Source: an uncultured Alphaproteobacteria bacterium (GTDB lineage Bacteria; Pseudomonadota; Alphaproteobacteria; Rhizobiales; Xanthobacteraceae). Taken from it: a DNA stretch of 64,000 bases. The stretch lies in NCBI GenBank assembly GCA_963730645.1, contig CAVSSN010000012.1, positions 242,853 to 306,852 on the forward strand, given 5' to 3'. The stretch's first letter is position 1, and every line of letters begins with the position of its first letter. The notes under the pieces were generated by a model. It did no database searches. It was not told the origin of the DNA and saw only the letters and a list, made by a program, of their open reading frames with translations. A program made the position numbers and the translations under genes. Positions 41,214 through 52,450 of the stretch are shown piece after piece.

Positions 41214-42005
41214 TTACCACCACATCGCGGCGCCGGCGCCGGTCTTGACCTCGCCTTCGGCGGTGCGCACGGCGCGGTCGAGCGAGCGGTCGAGCGCGGC
41301 GAGCACGCGGCGCTTGACGAAATCGAACGCGGCGGACTGGCGGTCGCGCGGGCGCGGCAGGTCGTCCTCGATCTCGTCGAAGATGCGGCCGGGGCGCGGA
41401 CGCATCACCATGATGCGGTCGGCGAGCACGATCGCCTCGTCGACATCGTGCGTGACCAGGATCAAGGTCGGCTTGGCGTCGGCCCACAGATCGAGCAGGT
41501 GGTCCTGCAGATCGACGCGCGTGAACGCGTCGAGCGCCGAGAACGGCTCGTCGAGCAGCAGCACCTGCGGCCGCGGCACCAGCGCGCGCGCGATGGCGAC
41601 ACGCTGCGCCTGTCCGCCGGAGAGTTCGCGCGGCCACATCGTCGCCTTCTCGCTCAGCCCGACGCGCATCAGCGCCCGCGCGACGCGCTCCGCCCGTTCC
41701 GCCTTCGGCCGATCCTCCAGTCCGAAACCGACATTGTCTGCGACCGAGAGCCACGGCAGCAGCCGCGGCTCCTGGAAGATGATGCCGATGTTCTCGTGCG
41801 GCGCGGTGATGGTCACGCCGTCGAGCACGACGCGGCCCTGGCTCGGGGTGTCGAGGCCCGACACCGCGCGCAGCAGCGTGGACTTGCCGCAGCCCGAGCC
41901 GCCGACGATGGCGACGATCTCGCCCGGCGCGACCTCGAAGGTGACGCCGTCGAGCGCGTGCACGCCGTTCGGATAGGTCTTGCCGACGCGTTCGAGGGCC
42001 AGCAT
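41214..42005 (-). CDS. ABC transporter ATP-binding protein (NitT/TauT: nitrate/sulfonate/taurine type)
   Basis: MLALERVGKTYPNGVHALDGVTFEVAPGEIVAIVGGSGCGKSTLLR...LSGGQAQRVAIARAL...LLLDEPFSALD. Confidence 0.9.
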   Translation of the reverse strand: MLALERVGKTYPNGVHALDGVTFEVAPGEIVAIVGGSGCGKSTLLRAVSGLDTPSQGRVVLDGVTITAPHENIGIIFQEPRLLPWLSVADNVGFGLEDRPKAERAERVARALMRVGLSEKATMWPRELSGGQAQRVAIARALVPRPQVLLLDEPFSALDAFTRVDLQDHLLDLWADAKPTLILVTHDVDEAIVLADRIMVMRPRPGRIFDEIEDDLPRPRDRQSAAFDFVKRRVLAALDRSLDRAVRTAEGEVKTGAGAAMWW

Positions 42006-42007
42006 CG

Positions 42008-42839
42008 TTAACGTTCCTCGGCGCGGCCGAAGTGGTCTTCCCAGCGCAGGAACGGCGCGGCGGCGATGACGATCAGCCAGTCGGTCAGCTTGCCGATGAT
42101 GGCGAAAGCGACGATCGCGGTGACGATCTGTGCCGGCTTGCCGAGCTGCTGGCCGTCGATCAGGAGATAGCCGAGGCCCTCCGACGCGCCGAGCAGTTCG
42201 GCGGCGACCACGAACATCCAGCCGAGACCAAGGCCGGAGCGCAGCGAAACCACGTAGGCCGGCAGCACCGCGGGGAGCAGAATGCGCCGGACCATGGCGG
42301 CGCCGGACAGCCGGAAGGCGCGGCCGACTTCGACCAGCTTGCGGTCGACCGACATGATCGCAGCCATCACGCCGAGATAGACCGGGAAGAACACGCCGAC
42401 CGCGATCAACGTGATCTTCGACGTCTCGAAAATCCCGAACCAGAGAATGAAGATCGGCACCCAGGCGATCGACGGGATCGCGCGCAGCGCCTGCAGGCTC
42501 GGGTCGAGCAGGCGGCGCAGCAGCGCGGAGTAGCCGCAGATCGCGCCGGTCAGCGTGCCGGCCACGACGCCGATGGCAAAGCCGGCGGCGACGCGAGCGG
42601 ACGTCACCAGCACGTGCCGCTGCAGTTCACCGGCGCGCGCGAGGTCGACGAAGGTTTTGAAGATCACCGAGGGCGGCGGCACCAGCCGGCCCGAGGCCAG
42701 GCCGAAGTGCACCACGAGTTCCCAGCCGAGCCCAAGCACGACCGGCAGCACCAGCGCCGATCGCCGGCCACGCCAGGCGCGACAAGCGGCGCTTCGGTGC
42801 GGTCCGTTCGGCCGGGGCCGTTTCGGCGGCGATGGTCAT
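42008..42839 (-). pseudogene. ABC transporter permease (NitT/TauT type); frame interrupted near the 5' end as assembled
   Basis: MTIAAETAPAERTAPKRRLSRLAWPAI (ORF 42627..42890), then ALVLPVVLGLGWELVVHFGL...IPSIAWVPIFILWFG... (ORF 42008..42751 and upstream in the same frame). +1 shift near 42758. Confidence 0.85.
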
Positions 42840-42890
42840 CTGAATAAGAGACATGACGCGGCCGCGAAATGCAATGCGCCAAGTAATCAC

Positions 42891-43020
42891 CTCTCCCCGC
42901 GCGCGGGGAGAGGTCGACGTCGAGCGCAGCGAGGGAGGGTGAGGGGGCCTGTCCGCGATTCTGAGCCCAGCGGATAGGCCCCCTCACCCCGACCCTCTCC
43001 CCGCACGCGGGGAGAGGGAG
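42891..43020. repeat. REP/MITE-like element, family D
   Basis: Inverted-orientation relative of 6696-6823. Confidence 0.85.
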
Positions 43021-43027
43021 GAGATCG

Positions 43028-44023
43028 TCAGTTGCTGACGCCGTCACGTACTTGTCGTCGATCAGGTCATCGACCGCCTTCTTGACGTCCACGTCGGCGG
43101 GAAGCACGCCGGCCTTCTGCAGGGCGATGCCGGCCTGCAGGATCGAGTCACGCTGCTCCGGCGCCGATCTTGTTGTAATGGATGTCGGTGCGCTCCTTGA
43201 GCTGCTTGTCGGCGACGGCGTCCGACAGCTTGGTGGCGGCCTGGAACGCGTGCTTCTCCTCAGCGTAATTGGCAAGCGAGAACTTGCGCGCTTCCTCGTA
43301 GACCGCGAGCACGCGCTTCACCAGATCGGGATGATCCTTGAGGAACTCGATGCGGGTCGAAAGGATGCCCCAGGTGTTGGCGGCCTTGTTGCGATAGAAC
43401 AGCCGCGCGCCGTCGTCGATCTCCACCTGCGCCATCATCGGATCGAGGCCGGCCCAGGCATCGACGTCGCCGCGGATCAGCGCGGTCGCGCCGTCCGGAT
43501 GCTGCAGCAGCACCGGCGTAATGTCCTTTTCGGTCAGGCCGACTTTCTGCAGCGCGCGCACCAGGAAGATGTGCGGGTCGGTGCCGCGCGTCACCGCGAC
43601 GCGCTTGCCCTTGAGGTCCTCGATCTTGTTGATCGCGGTGTCCTTGCGGGTGACGAGCGCGGTCCATTCCGGCTGCGAATAGACATAGATCGACTTGATC
43701 GGATTGCCGTTGATCTTCGACACCAGCGCGGCGGCGCCCGCCGACGAGCCGAAGTCGATCGAGCCGGCGTTGAGGAATTCCAGCGCCTTGTTGGAGCCGA
43801 GCGTCTGCACCCAGCGGATGCCGATGCCGTCCTTGGCGAATTCCTTTTCGAGCAGGCCCTTCTCCTTGAGCACCATCGAGACCGGATTGTAGGTGGCCCA
43901 GTCGATGTTGATGGTCTTCGGCTTGTCGGCCGCGAATGCGGCGGTCGCCGGCACCAGGCCGGCGGCAAGCGTGGACAAGATGAGGCTGCGACGTGAGAGC
44001 TTGGTCGTGAAGAGCTTGGTCAT
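43028..44023 (-). pseudogene. ABC transporter substrate-binding protein (NMT1/SsuA/TauA-like); frame interrupted, 3' end uncertain
   Basis: GGGAGG RBS. MTKLFTTKLSRRSLILSTLAAGLVPATAAFA DKPKTINIDWATYNPVS...TDIHYNKI (ORF 43148..44149), then APEQRDSILQAGIALQKAGVLPADVDVKKAVDDLIDDKYV... (ORF 42664..43275). +1 shift near 43163. As assembled the second frame has no stop before 42664 and runs through the family D repeat, so a further indel near 43030-43100 is likely. Confidence 0.8.
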
Positions 44024-44363
44024 AGCGACCTCCCAGCGTTGGGCCGCATCGACGCTCTCACGCGCTAACACGACCGGTTGATGGAGGCGGGATTTGTTCG
44101 GCCCGCCATCAGCGTGGCGCTGGGGCAGGCCCCGGCGTTTTAGCTGCATTTGTTACGCGCCCGCAAGCTGCTCGCTCAAATCGGCGCTAGTTTTATTCTT
44201 TAGACAAGCTCGGAAATCCGGTCAATGGAAATTTATTCTACAATATCGCGCATATTGGTAGATATTTCTAGCGATGCCGCCGTTGTCTTTGACCGTTTTC
44301 CAGCGATCGTGCCGCCTGCCGGGCGGTGACAGCGCCAAGCGCCTCCGCTATGCCGTTGACGTC

Positions 44364-47175
44364 ATGCTCGACCCGCAACATGCCGCGCCCGCGACCGCCG
44401 AACTGATCGATGTCGCGGCAATCGCCGCCGATCTCGACAAGCTCGCCGACATCCATTCCGGGCACGAGCGCGAATTGCGCACCGCGGTCGCGCAGCGCCT
44501 GAAGGCGGCGTTGACGCAGGCGCGCACGCAGGCCGAGCAGCTGCTGCTCAAGGACCGGCACGGGCGGCGCTGCGCCGAGCGGCTGTGCCAGGTGCAGGAC
44601 GAGATCATCCGCATCCTGTTCGAATTCGCCGGCACGCAGCTCTACCCGTCGCAGAACCCGTCGGAAGCCGAGCGCATGGCGGTGATCGCCACCGGCGGCT
44701 ACGGCCGCGGCCTGATGGCGCCGGGCTCCGACATCGATCTGTTGTTTCTGCTGCCGTACAAGCAGACCGCCTGGGGCGAATCCGTCGCCGAGGCGATCCT
44801 CTATTGCCTCTGGGACATGGGGCTCAAGGTCGGCCACGCCACGCGCTCGGTCGACGAGTGCATCCGCCAGGCCAAGGCGGACATGACCATCCGCACCGCG
44901 CTGCTCGAAGCGCGCTACCTGTTCGGCGACGCCAAGCTCTACGACGAGCTGACCACGCGTTTCGACAAGGACATCGCGCAGGGCACCGCGGCGCAATTCG
45001 TTGCCGCCAAGCTCGCCGAGCGCGAGGAGCGCCATCGCCGCGCCGGACAATCGCGCTATCTGGTCGAGCCCAACGTCAAGGACGGCAAGGGCGGGCTACG
45101 CGACCTGCACACGCTGTTCTGGATCGCCAAGTACGTCTACCGCGTGCGCGAGCCCGAGGAGCTGATCGAGCGCGGCGTGTTCGACCGGGACGAATACAAT
45201 CTGTTCCGGCGCTGCGAAAGTTTCCTGTGGTCGGTGCGCTGCCACATGCATTTCGTCACCGGCCGCGCCGAGGAGCGCCTGTCGTTCGACATCCAGCGCG
45301 AGATCGCGGTGCGGCTCAACTACACCGAACATCCGGGGCAGAAGGACGTCGAGCGGTTCATGAAGCATTACTTCCTGACCGCCAAGCACGTCGGCGATCT
45401 CACCGCCATCCTGTGCGCCGGCCTCGAGGAGAGCCAGGCGGTGCCGGCGCCGGTGCTCAGCCGCGTCATCGCGCGGCTGCGCCCCGGGCGCGCAAAACGG
45501 CCGCTCACCGAGAGCGACGATTTCGTCGTCGACAACAACCGCATCAACATCGCCGATCCGGACGTCTTCAAGCGCGATCCGGTCAATCTGATCCGGCAGT
45601 TCCACCTCGCGCAGAAGCACAATCTCGCCTTCCATCCCGACGCCATGCGGGTCGCAACGCGCTCGCTCAGATTGATCGATCAGGAATTGCGCCGGAACGA
45701 AGAGGCGAACCGCCTGTTCTTCGAAATCCTGACCTCGACCAACGATGCCGAAACGGTGCTGCGGCGCATGAACGAGGCTGGCGTGCTGGGCGCCTTCGTT
45801 CGCGCGTTCGGCCGCATCGTGGCGATGATGCAGTTCAATATGTACCACCACTATACGGTGGACGAGCATCTGCTGCGCTGCATCGGCGTGCTCAGCGAAA
45901 TCGAGCGCGGCGAAAATCCCGAATTCCAGTTCGCCAACGAACTCATGCGCACGATCCGGCCGGAGCATCGCGCGGTGCTCTACGTCACGCTGTTTCTGCA
46001 CGACATCGCCAAGGGCCGCCCCGAGGACCATTCGATCGCGGGCGCGCGCGTCGCGCGGCGCTTCTGTCCGCGTCTCGGATTTTCGGCGGCCGATACCGAA
46101 CTCGTCGCCTGGCTGGTCGAAGTGCATCTGGTGATGTCGACGGTGGCGCAATCGCGCGACCTTTCCGACCGCAAGACGATCGAGAACTTCGCCGCCGTCG
46201 TGCAGTCGCTGGAGCGCATGAAGCTTCTCACCATCCTGACCACCGCCGACATCCGCGCGGTCGGGCCCGGCGTGTGGAACGGCTGGAAGGCGCAGCTTCT
46301 TCGCACGCTTTATTACGAGACCGAGCCGGTGCTCACCGGCGGCTTCTCCGAGGTCAACCGCGCGCAGCGTGTGGCGATGGCGCAGGCCGAGTTCCGCGCC
46401 GAAATGAAGGACTGGCCACCCGAACGGCTGGAGGCCTTCATCGCGCGGCAATATCCGGCCTATTGGCTCAAGGTCGACCTGCCGCACAAGGTGGCGCAGG
46501 CGCATTTCGTGCATGCGACCGAGTCGGCGGACAAGACGCTCGCGACCAGCGTCGGCTTCGACGCCGTGCGCGGCGTCACCGAACTGACCGTGCTCGCGCC
46601 CGACCATCCGTGGCTGCTTTCGATCATCGCCGGTGCGTGCGCGGTCGGCGGCGCCAACATCGTCGATGCGCAGATCTACACCACGACCGACGGGCTTGCG
46701 CTCGACACCATCTCGCTGTCGCGCGAATTCGAGCGCGATGAGGACGAAGCGCGCCGCGCCGCGCGCATCGGCGATGCGATCGAGACGCGCGGTGCGCGGC
46801 CAGCTTCGGCTGCCGGACGTCATCGCCAAGCGCGCGGCGCCGAAGGGTCGGATCAAGGCCTTCGCGGTCGAGCCGGAGGTCTCAATCAACAACCAGTGGT
46901 CCAATCGCTACACCGTGGTCGAAGTCACCGGCCTCGACCGGCCGGGCCTGCTCTACGAACTCACCACCACGTTGTCGAAACTCAACCTGAACATCGCCTC
47001 CGCCCACGTCGCCACTTTCGGTGAGCGCGTGGTCGACGTGTTCTATGTCACCGATCTTTTGGGCGCGCAGATCACGACGCCGACCCGTCAGGCGGCGATC
47101 AAGCGCGCGATCATTCCGCTGTTCACCGCAGCCGCCGCCGACGCCAAAATGGCGACGGAAGCGGCCGCGAGTTGA
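44364..47175 (+). pseudogene. glnD: [protein-PII] uridylyltransferase/uridylyl-removing enzyme GlnD; frame interrupted before the ACT domains as assembled
   Basis: ...ATGGYGRGLMAPGSDIDLLFLLPYK... with the HD domain ...HHYTVDEH...LFLHDIAKG... lies in ORF 44274..47024. ...RGQLRLPDVIAKRAAPKGRIKAFAVEPEVSINNQWSNRYTVVEVTGLDRPGLLYEL... lies in ORF 46633..47175. +1 shift near 46785-46792. The start could also be the ATG at 44274. Confidence 0.92.
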
Positions 47176-47208
47176 TCCGGAATTTGGCTGAGCAGTTTGC
47201 CGGAGTTA

Positions 47209-47421
47209 CTACTTCGGCGCACCAGCCGGCGTCTTCCACGCGTCGGCGCCGACCTGGAACATCTTGACGGTATCCTGACAGCACATCATCGACGCAGCCG
47301 GAGCTGGCTCAGACATGGCCGCAGCAGCCGCGGGCTTCTTCGCCTTCTTCTTCGCGGCGAGCGCCATCGACGGCGCGGTTACGATCATCACGGAAGCGAG
47401 CAGAAATGCGATCTTGCGCAT
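47209..47421 (-). CDS. small secreted hypothetical protein with CCQDT motif (70 aa)
   Basis: GGGGGA RBS. MRKIAFLLASVMIVTAPSMALA AKKKAKKPAAAAAMSEPAPAASMMCCQDTVKMFQVGADAWKTPAGAPK. Confidence 0.6.
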   Translation of the reverse strand: MRKIAFLLASVMIVTAPSMALAAKKKAKKPAAAAAMSEPAPAASMMCCQDTVKMFQVGADAWKTPAGAPK

Positions 47422-47604
47422 GCAGTCCCCCAGTAAGCGCCCCCCGGTGGACATCACCGGTATCGCCATGATCGTCTGAAACTGGGGACAATGGAAGTTG
47501 CTTTCTGCGGACAGGCCACTGCCCGCAGATCATCAAGCCTGCAACAGGTCACGCCGGAGCGTTTACGTTCCAGTTACGCGCCTACGATGCGCGCAAGACG
47601 GACG

Positions 47605-47882
47605 TTACTTCTTCGCCGCGTACGGCTTCGCCAACCCGTCGTTCAGGATCCAGAACATGTGGAGCGTATCCTGGCAGCACGGCTGCGGAGCAGTGTAGGC
47701 CACCGCCGCCGGAGCGACGTAAGGCTTCCACGTATTCTGCTTCGCCAATCCGTCGTTCAGGATCCAGAACATGTGCAGCGTATCCTGGCAGCACGGCTGC
47801 GGAGCCGCGCTGGCAGCCCGCGCCAGACGACGACGCCAGCGCGACGAACGCAACCGCAGTCAAAAGTGCAGCTCGTACCCAT
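47605..47882 (-). pseudogene. small secreted hypothetical protein with two CCQDTLHMFWILNDGLAK modules; N-terminus split over frames as assembled
   Basis: ORF 47605..47853 carries ...AASAAPQPCCQDTLHMFWILNDGLAKQNTWKPYVAPAAVAYTAPQPCCQDTLHMFWILNDGLAKPYAAKK. A signal-like segment LLTAVAFVALASSSGA lies in the frame of ORF 47582..47863. The ATG behind GGGGGGA at 47882 lies in the third frame. Length is 3n+2. Confidence 0.5.
47625..47805. repeat. tandem direct duplication (two 67-nt copies, 114-nt period) inside the CCQDT gene
   Basis: Copies at 47625-47691 and 47739-47805 differ at 2 positions (GCTTCGCCAAnCCGTCGTTCAGGATCCAGAACATGTGnAGCGTATCCTGGCAGCACGGCTGCGGAGC). Confidence 0.9.
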
Positions 47883-48120
47883 CAATCCCCCCTATGTCGC
47901 TTCCGGAAAAGTTTCCGGAAAATTTATGATGTCCCTAAACGGGACGATATGGAAGCCGAAATCGTTGCGGCCAAACCACACTTCGCACAGATTTTTTCGG
48001 AGGTGTGCCATCAGTGCATCGGGGCCGGCCAGGACTGCGGCCCGAGCCCGGCGGGCCAAGCGGTAACCACCCCTTAAATCGCGCTCTCTACCGTGCCGGC
48101 GGGGCGCAATCGCGCTCCCC

Positions 48121-50268
48121 ATGGGGTCGGGGGATATGGCGTCGGGACGGACCAGCCGGACAATTCCGCTCGACCCTCCGAGCCCTGACCTCCGATTACG
48201 ACCGGCCGACCGGCCCGGAGCCTCCCCATCTGCTCGCGATGAGCGCTCCGGCAGCGACGGCGGCCGGCGCGCGCGCCGGAGCCGCCGCGAAGACGCCCCA
48301 GCCCGCGCGCCGCGCAAGCGGCGGGGCCGCGGCGGCGGCAACCGCCGTACCGGCTTTGCGCGAATCTTCTACTGGGGCGCCGTGCTCGCCTTGTGGGCGG
48401 TGATCGCCGTCATCGGCGCGCTGATCTGGATCGGCGCCCATCTGCCGCCGATCCAGTCGCTCGAAATCCCCAAGCGCCCGCCTTCGATCCTGATCCTCGG
48501 CGCGAACGGCGCAACGCTCGCGACGCGCGGCGACATGGGCGGCGCCGCGGTGCCGCTCAAGGAACTGCCGGCCTACGTGCCGAAGGCCTTCATCGCCATC
48601 GAGGATCGCCGCTTCTACGCCCATCACGGCGTCGACCCGTGGGGAATCAGCCGCGCCGTCGTCGCCAATGTGCTGCACCGTGGCGTGGCGCAGGGCGGAT
48701 CGACCATCACGCAGCAGCTCGCCAAGAACCTGTTCCTGACGCAGGAGCGCACGCTCAGCCGCAAGCTGCAGGAAGTCGTGCTGGCGCTCTGGCTCGAACA
48801 CAAGTTCAGCAAGGCGCAGATCCTCGAAATGTATCTGAACCGCGTCTACTTCGGCGCCGGCGCCTACGGGGTGGAAGCGGCGACGCAACGCTATTTCGGC
48901 AAGTCGGCGCGGCAATTGACGCTCGCCGAAGCGGCGCTGCTCGCCGGCCTGGTCAAGTCGCCGTCGCGGCTGGCGCCGAGCCGCAATCCCGACGGCGCCG
49001 AGCGCCGCGCCCAGATGGTGATCGCGGCGATGGCCGACATGAAGATGATCACCGAGAGCGCCGCGAAGGTTGCGCTGGTGCATCCGGCCGAAGCGGTGAA
49101 GCCCGCCGGCGCCGGCTCGCTCAATTACGTCGCCGATTGGGTGATGGACGCGATCGACGATCTCATCGGCCGCGTCGAGCAGGACATCGTGGTGGAGACC
49201 TCGATCAATCCCGCGCTGCAGACGGCGGCGGAGAAGGCCCTGGTCGACGAGCTGGCGCAGAAGGGCGACAAGTTCGGTGTCGGCCAGGGCGCCATCGTTT
49301 CGATGACGCCGGACGGCGTCGTGCGCGCGCTGGTCGGCGGCCGGAATTATTCCGAGAGCCAGTTCGACCGCGCCATTGCGGCACGACGCCAGCCCGGATC
49401 GGCGTTCAAGCCGTTCGTCTATCTCACCGCGCTCGAACACGGCCTCACGCCGGACACCGTGCGCGACGACAAGCCGATCACCGTCAAAGGCTGGAAGCCG
49501 GAGAACTACGGTCACGAATATTTCGGCCCGGTGACGCTGACCCAGGCGCTGGCGCATTCGCTCAACACCGTCTCGGTGCGGCTGACGATGGAGTTCGGCC
49601 CGATGGCGGTGGCGCGCACCGCCTACCGGCTCGGCATCACCTCGAAGCTCGAGCCCAACGCCTCGATCGCGCTCGGCACGTCGGAGGTTTCGCCGCTTGA
49701 GCTCGTCTCCGCCTATGCGCCGTTCGCCAATGGCGGCCTCGCGGTCATACCGCACGTCGTCGAGCGCGTGCGCACCGCCGACGGCAAGACGCTCTACACG
49801 CGCCCGACGCAAGGTCTCGGCCGCATCGTCGATGGCCGCTATGTCGCGATGATGAATGCCATGATGCAGCAGACGCTTGTCGCCGGCACCGCGCACACCG
49901 CCTCGCTGCCCGGCTGGCAGGCGGCGGGCAAGACCGGCACCAGCCAGGATTTCCGCGACGCCTGGTTCATCGGCTACACCGCGCATCTCGTCACCGGCGT
50001 GTGGCTCGGCAACGACGATTCCTCACCGACCAAAAAGGCGACCGGCGGCGGCCTTCCGGTCGAAATCTGGAGCCGGTTCATGAAGACTGCGCACCAGGGC
50101 GTCGCACCCATCGGCCTGCCCGGCCTCATCGGCGGCGCACCGATCGCCACCGCGCCGACGCCGCCGGCGAATATCCCCGGACCGGTCGCCGCAAACGGGC
50201 GCGCGCAGCCGCCGGACAACGGCGGCATGGACTTCTGGCTGCTCGACAAGCTGCTGGGCCGGCGCTGA
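48121..50268 (+). CDS. class A penicillin-binding protein (PBP1A family: GT51 transglycosylase plus transpeptidase)
   Basis: 715-aa intact ORF. EDRRFYAHHGVD, GGSTITQQLAKN, RKLQE, then SAFK (SxxK), SLN and KTGT. Confidence 0.9.
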   Translation: MGSGDMASGRTSRTIPLDPPSPDLRLRPADRPGASPSARDERSGSDGGRRARRSRREDAPARAPRKRRGRGGGNRRTGFARIFYWGAVLALWAVIAVIGALIWIGAHLPPIQSLEIPKRPPSILILGANGATLATRGDMGGAAVPLKELPAYVPKAFIAIEDRRFYAHHGVDPWGISRAVVANVLHRGVAQGGSTITQQLAKNLFLTQERTLSRKLQEVVLALWLEHKFSKAQILEMYLNRVYFGAGAYGVEAATQRYFGKSARQLTLAEAALLAGLVKSPSRLAPSRNPDGAERRAQMVIAAMADMKMITESAAKVALVHPAEAVKPAGAGSLNYVADWVMDAIDDLIGRVEQDIVVETSINPALQTAAEKALVDELAQKGDKFGVGQGAIVSMTPDGVVRALVGGRNYSESQFDRAIAARRQPGSAFKPFVYLTALEHGLTPDTVRDDKPITVKGWKPENYGHEYFGPVTLTQALAHSLNTVSVRLTMEFGPMAVARTAYRLGITSKLEPNASIALGTSEVSPLELVSAYAPFANGGLAVIPHVVERVRTADGKTLYTRPTQGLGRIVDGRYVAMMNAMMQQTLVAGTAHTASLPGWQAAGKTGTSQDFRDAWFIGYTAHLVTGVWLGNDDSSPTKKATGGGLPVEIWSRFMKTAHQGVAPIGLPGLIGGAPIATAPTPPANIPGPVAANGRAQPPDNGGMDFWLLDKLLGRR

Positions 50269-50286
50269 CGGCGCTCGGCAATCTCA

Positions 50287-52450
50287 TCACATCGTCTTGC
50301 GCAGGTCGTGGTGCTTCAGCGGCAGCGAGCGGATGCGCTTGCCGGTGGCGGCGAACACGGCGTTGCACACAGCGGGCGCCAGCGGCGGCAGCGGCGGCTC
50401 GCCGATGCCGCCCCAGAAACCACCGCTCGGCACCAGCACGGTGATCACCTCCGGCATGTCGGCCATCTTCAGCATCTCGTAGTCGCTGAAGTTCGATTGC
50501 TCGACGGCGCCGTCCTTGACGGTGATCTCGCCGTAGAGCGCCGCGGTGAGACCGTAGACGATCGCGCTCTGGACCTGCATTTCGATCGACAGCGGGTTGA
50601 CGACGTAGCCGCAGTCGATCGCCACGACCACCCGGTGCACACGCACCTTGCCGTCGCTGCCGACCGATATCTCGGCCACGTGCGCGCAGATGCTGTTGCC
50701 GCCTTCGTTGATCGCGATGCCGCGGAATACGCCCGGCGGCAGCGCGCCGTCCCAGTCGGCCTTGTTCGCCGCGGCGTCGAGCACGGCGAGATGTTTGGGC
50801 TGCGTCCGCAACAGTTTGCGCCGATAGCGATAGGGGTCCTGGCCCGCCGCATGGGCCATCTCGTCGATGAAGCTCTCCTTGAAGAAGGCGTTCTGCGTGT
50901 AGTTGACAGCGCGCCAGACGCCGATCGGCACATGCGTCGGCCGCGTGGAAAAATCGAGCAGAATATTCGGCACGTCGTAGGCAAATTCCTCGAGCAGGCC
51001 CTGAAGGAAGTTCCTGTCGATGAAGCCCTTGAGCATGCCCGGCACCATCGACGACACGATCGGTGGACCCGAAAGCCGCATTTTCAATGCGACCGGCAGG
51101 CCGGCCGCATCGAGGCCGGCGCTGAAGCGGGCCATGACCGCCGGACGATAAAAATCGTGCTGGATGTCCTCCTCGCGCGTCCACACCAGCTTGACCGGCT
51201 GGCCAACCGCTTTGGCGATGATGACGGCCTCGCGAATGTATTCCTGCACCGAGCCGCGCCGGCCGAAGCCGCCGCCGAGCATCATCGCGATGGACCACGG
51301 CGTTGCTGTTCGGCAGACCGGCGGCGGCGGCGGCCGTCGCAAGCGCCGTTTCGGCGTCCTGCGTCGGCACCCAGACCTCGACCCGTCCGGGCGTGACGTG
51401 CGCGGTGCAGGTCTGCGGCTCCATGGTCGCGTGCGCGAGGAACGGAACGCTGTATTCGGCCTCGATCCGCTGGGCGGCGCCGGCGAACGCCGCGGCGACA
51501 TCGCCGGTCGATTGCGCAACAGGCGCATCGGCCGCATCGAGGCCAGCGCGAATGTATGCGCCGATCGATTCGCTCGACACCTGGCCGTTGCCGCAGTCGT
51601 CCCAGATGACCGGCAGCGCGTCGGCCGCGCGTTTGGCCCGCCACCAGCTATCGGCGACGACGGCGACGGCATCCGGCAAGCGCACGATGTGCCGGACGCC
51701 CTTCATGTCCTTGACCGCTGTTTCGTCCACCGCCTTCAACCGGCCCTTGAAGACGGGGCAGTGGACGATCGCCGCGTAAAGCATGTCCGGCAACCGGACG
51801 TCGATGGCGTAGATCGGCTTGCCGGTGACTTTGTCGGCGATCTCCAGCCGCCGGCGCGGGGTGCCGGCAAGCTTCCAGTCCTTGGGGTCTTTGAGCTTCA
51901 CCTCTTTCGGCGGCGCCATCCTGGCGGCGTCTTCGGCGACCTCGCCGAACGTCAAGCGCCGCTCGCTCGGGGCGTGGGTGATGACGCTGTTGGCGGCAAT
52001 GCATTGCGTCGCCGCCACGCCCCAGCGCGCGGCAGCCGCCGCAATCAGCATTTCACGCGCGGCGGCGCCGGCCTCACGCAAGTCGTGTTGCGATGCAGAG
52101 ATCGAGCGGCTGGCGCCGGTCGACATGTCGCCCCAGACGCGCTGGCGGAGCGCGTTCGCCTCCGGTGCGACGAATTCCAGCCGGACCTTGTTCCAGTCGC
52201 ATTCAAGCTCTTCGGCGACCAGCATGGCGAGGCCGGTGGACGCGCCCTGCCCCATCTCGGCGCGGGCGACCCGGACGATCACGGCGTCGTCCGGCTGGAT
52301 CACGACCCAGCAGTTGATTTCGGGCGGGCCTTCGTCGGTACTCGCCGGCGCGGGACTGCGCGCAATGGCAATTCCCAGTGCAAGCCCGCCACCCGCGGCG
52401 CCTGCACCAACCAGGAACGTTCGGCGACTAAGCTGGCCGCCGGACCTCAT
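50287..52450 (-). pseudogene. molybdopterin-binding oxidoreductase subunit (IorB / aldehyde oxidase-xanthine dehydrogenase family) with Tat signal; frame interrupted as assembled
   Basis: MRSGGQLSRRTFLVGAGAAGGGLALG...VVIQPDDAVIVRVARAEMGQGASTGLAMLVAEELECDW...GLPNSNAVV (ORF 50126..52477), then IAMMLGGGFGRRGS...VVAIDCGYVVNPLSIEMQVQSAIVYGL... (ORF 50287..51672). +1 shift near 51294. Confidence 0.85.

Noticed and set aside
44150-44364. Sigma-54 (-24/-12) promoter or NtrC-type control upstream of glnD (TGGTAgatatTTCTA at about 44256).
   Set aside because: It matches only the GG of the -24 element. The -12 GC is replaced by TC. I see no upstream enhancer-like inverted repeats. The evidence is too weak to call.
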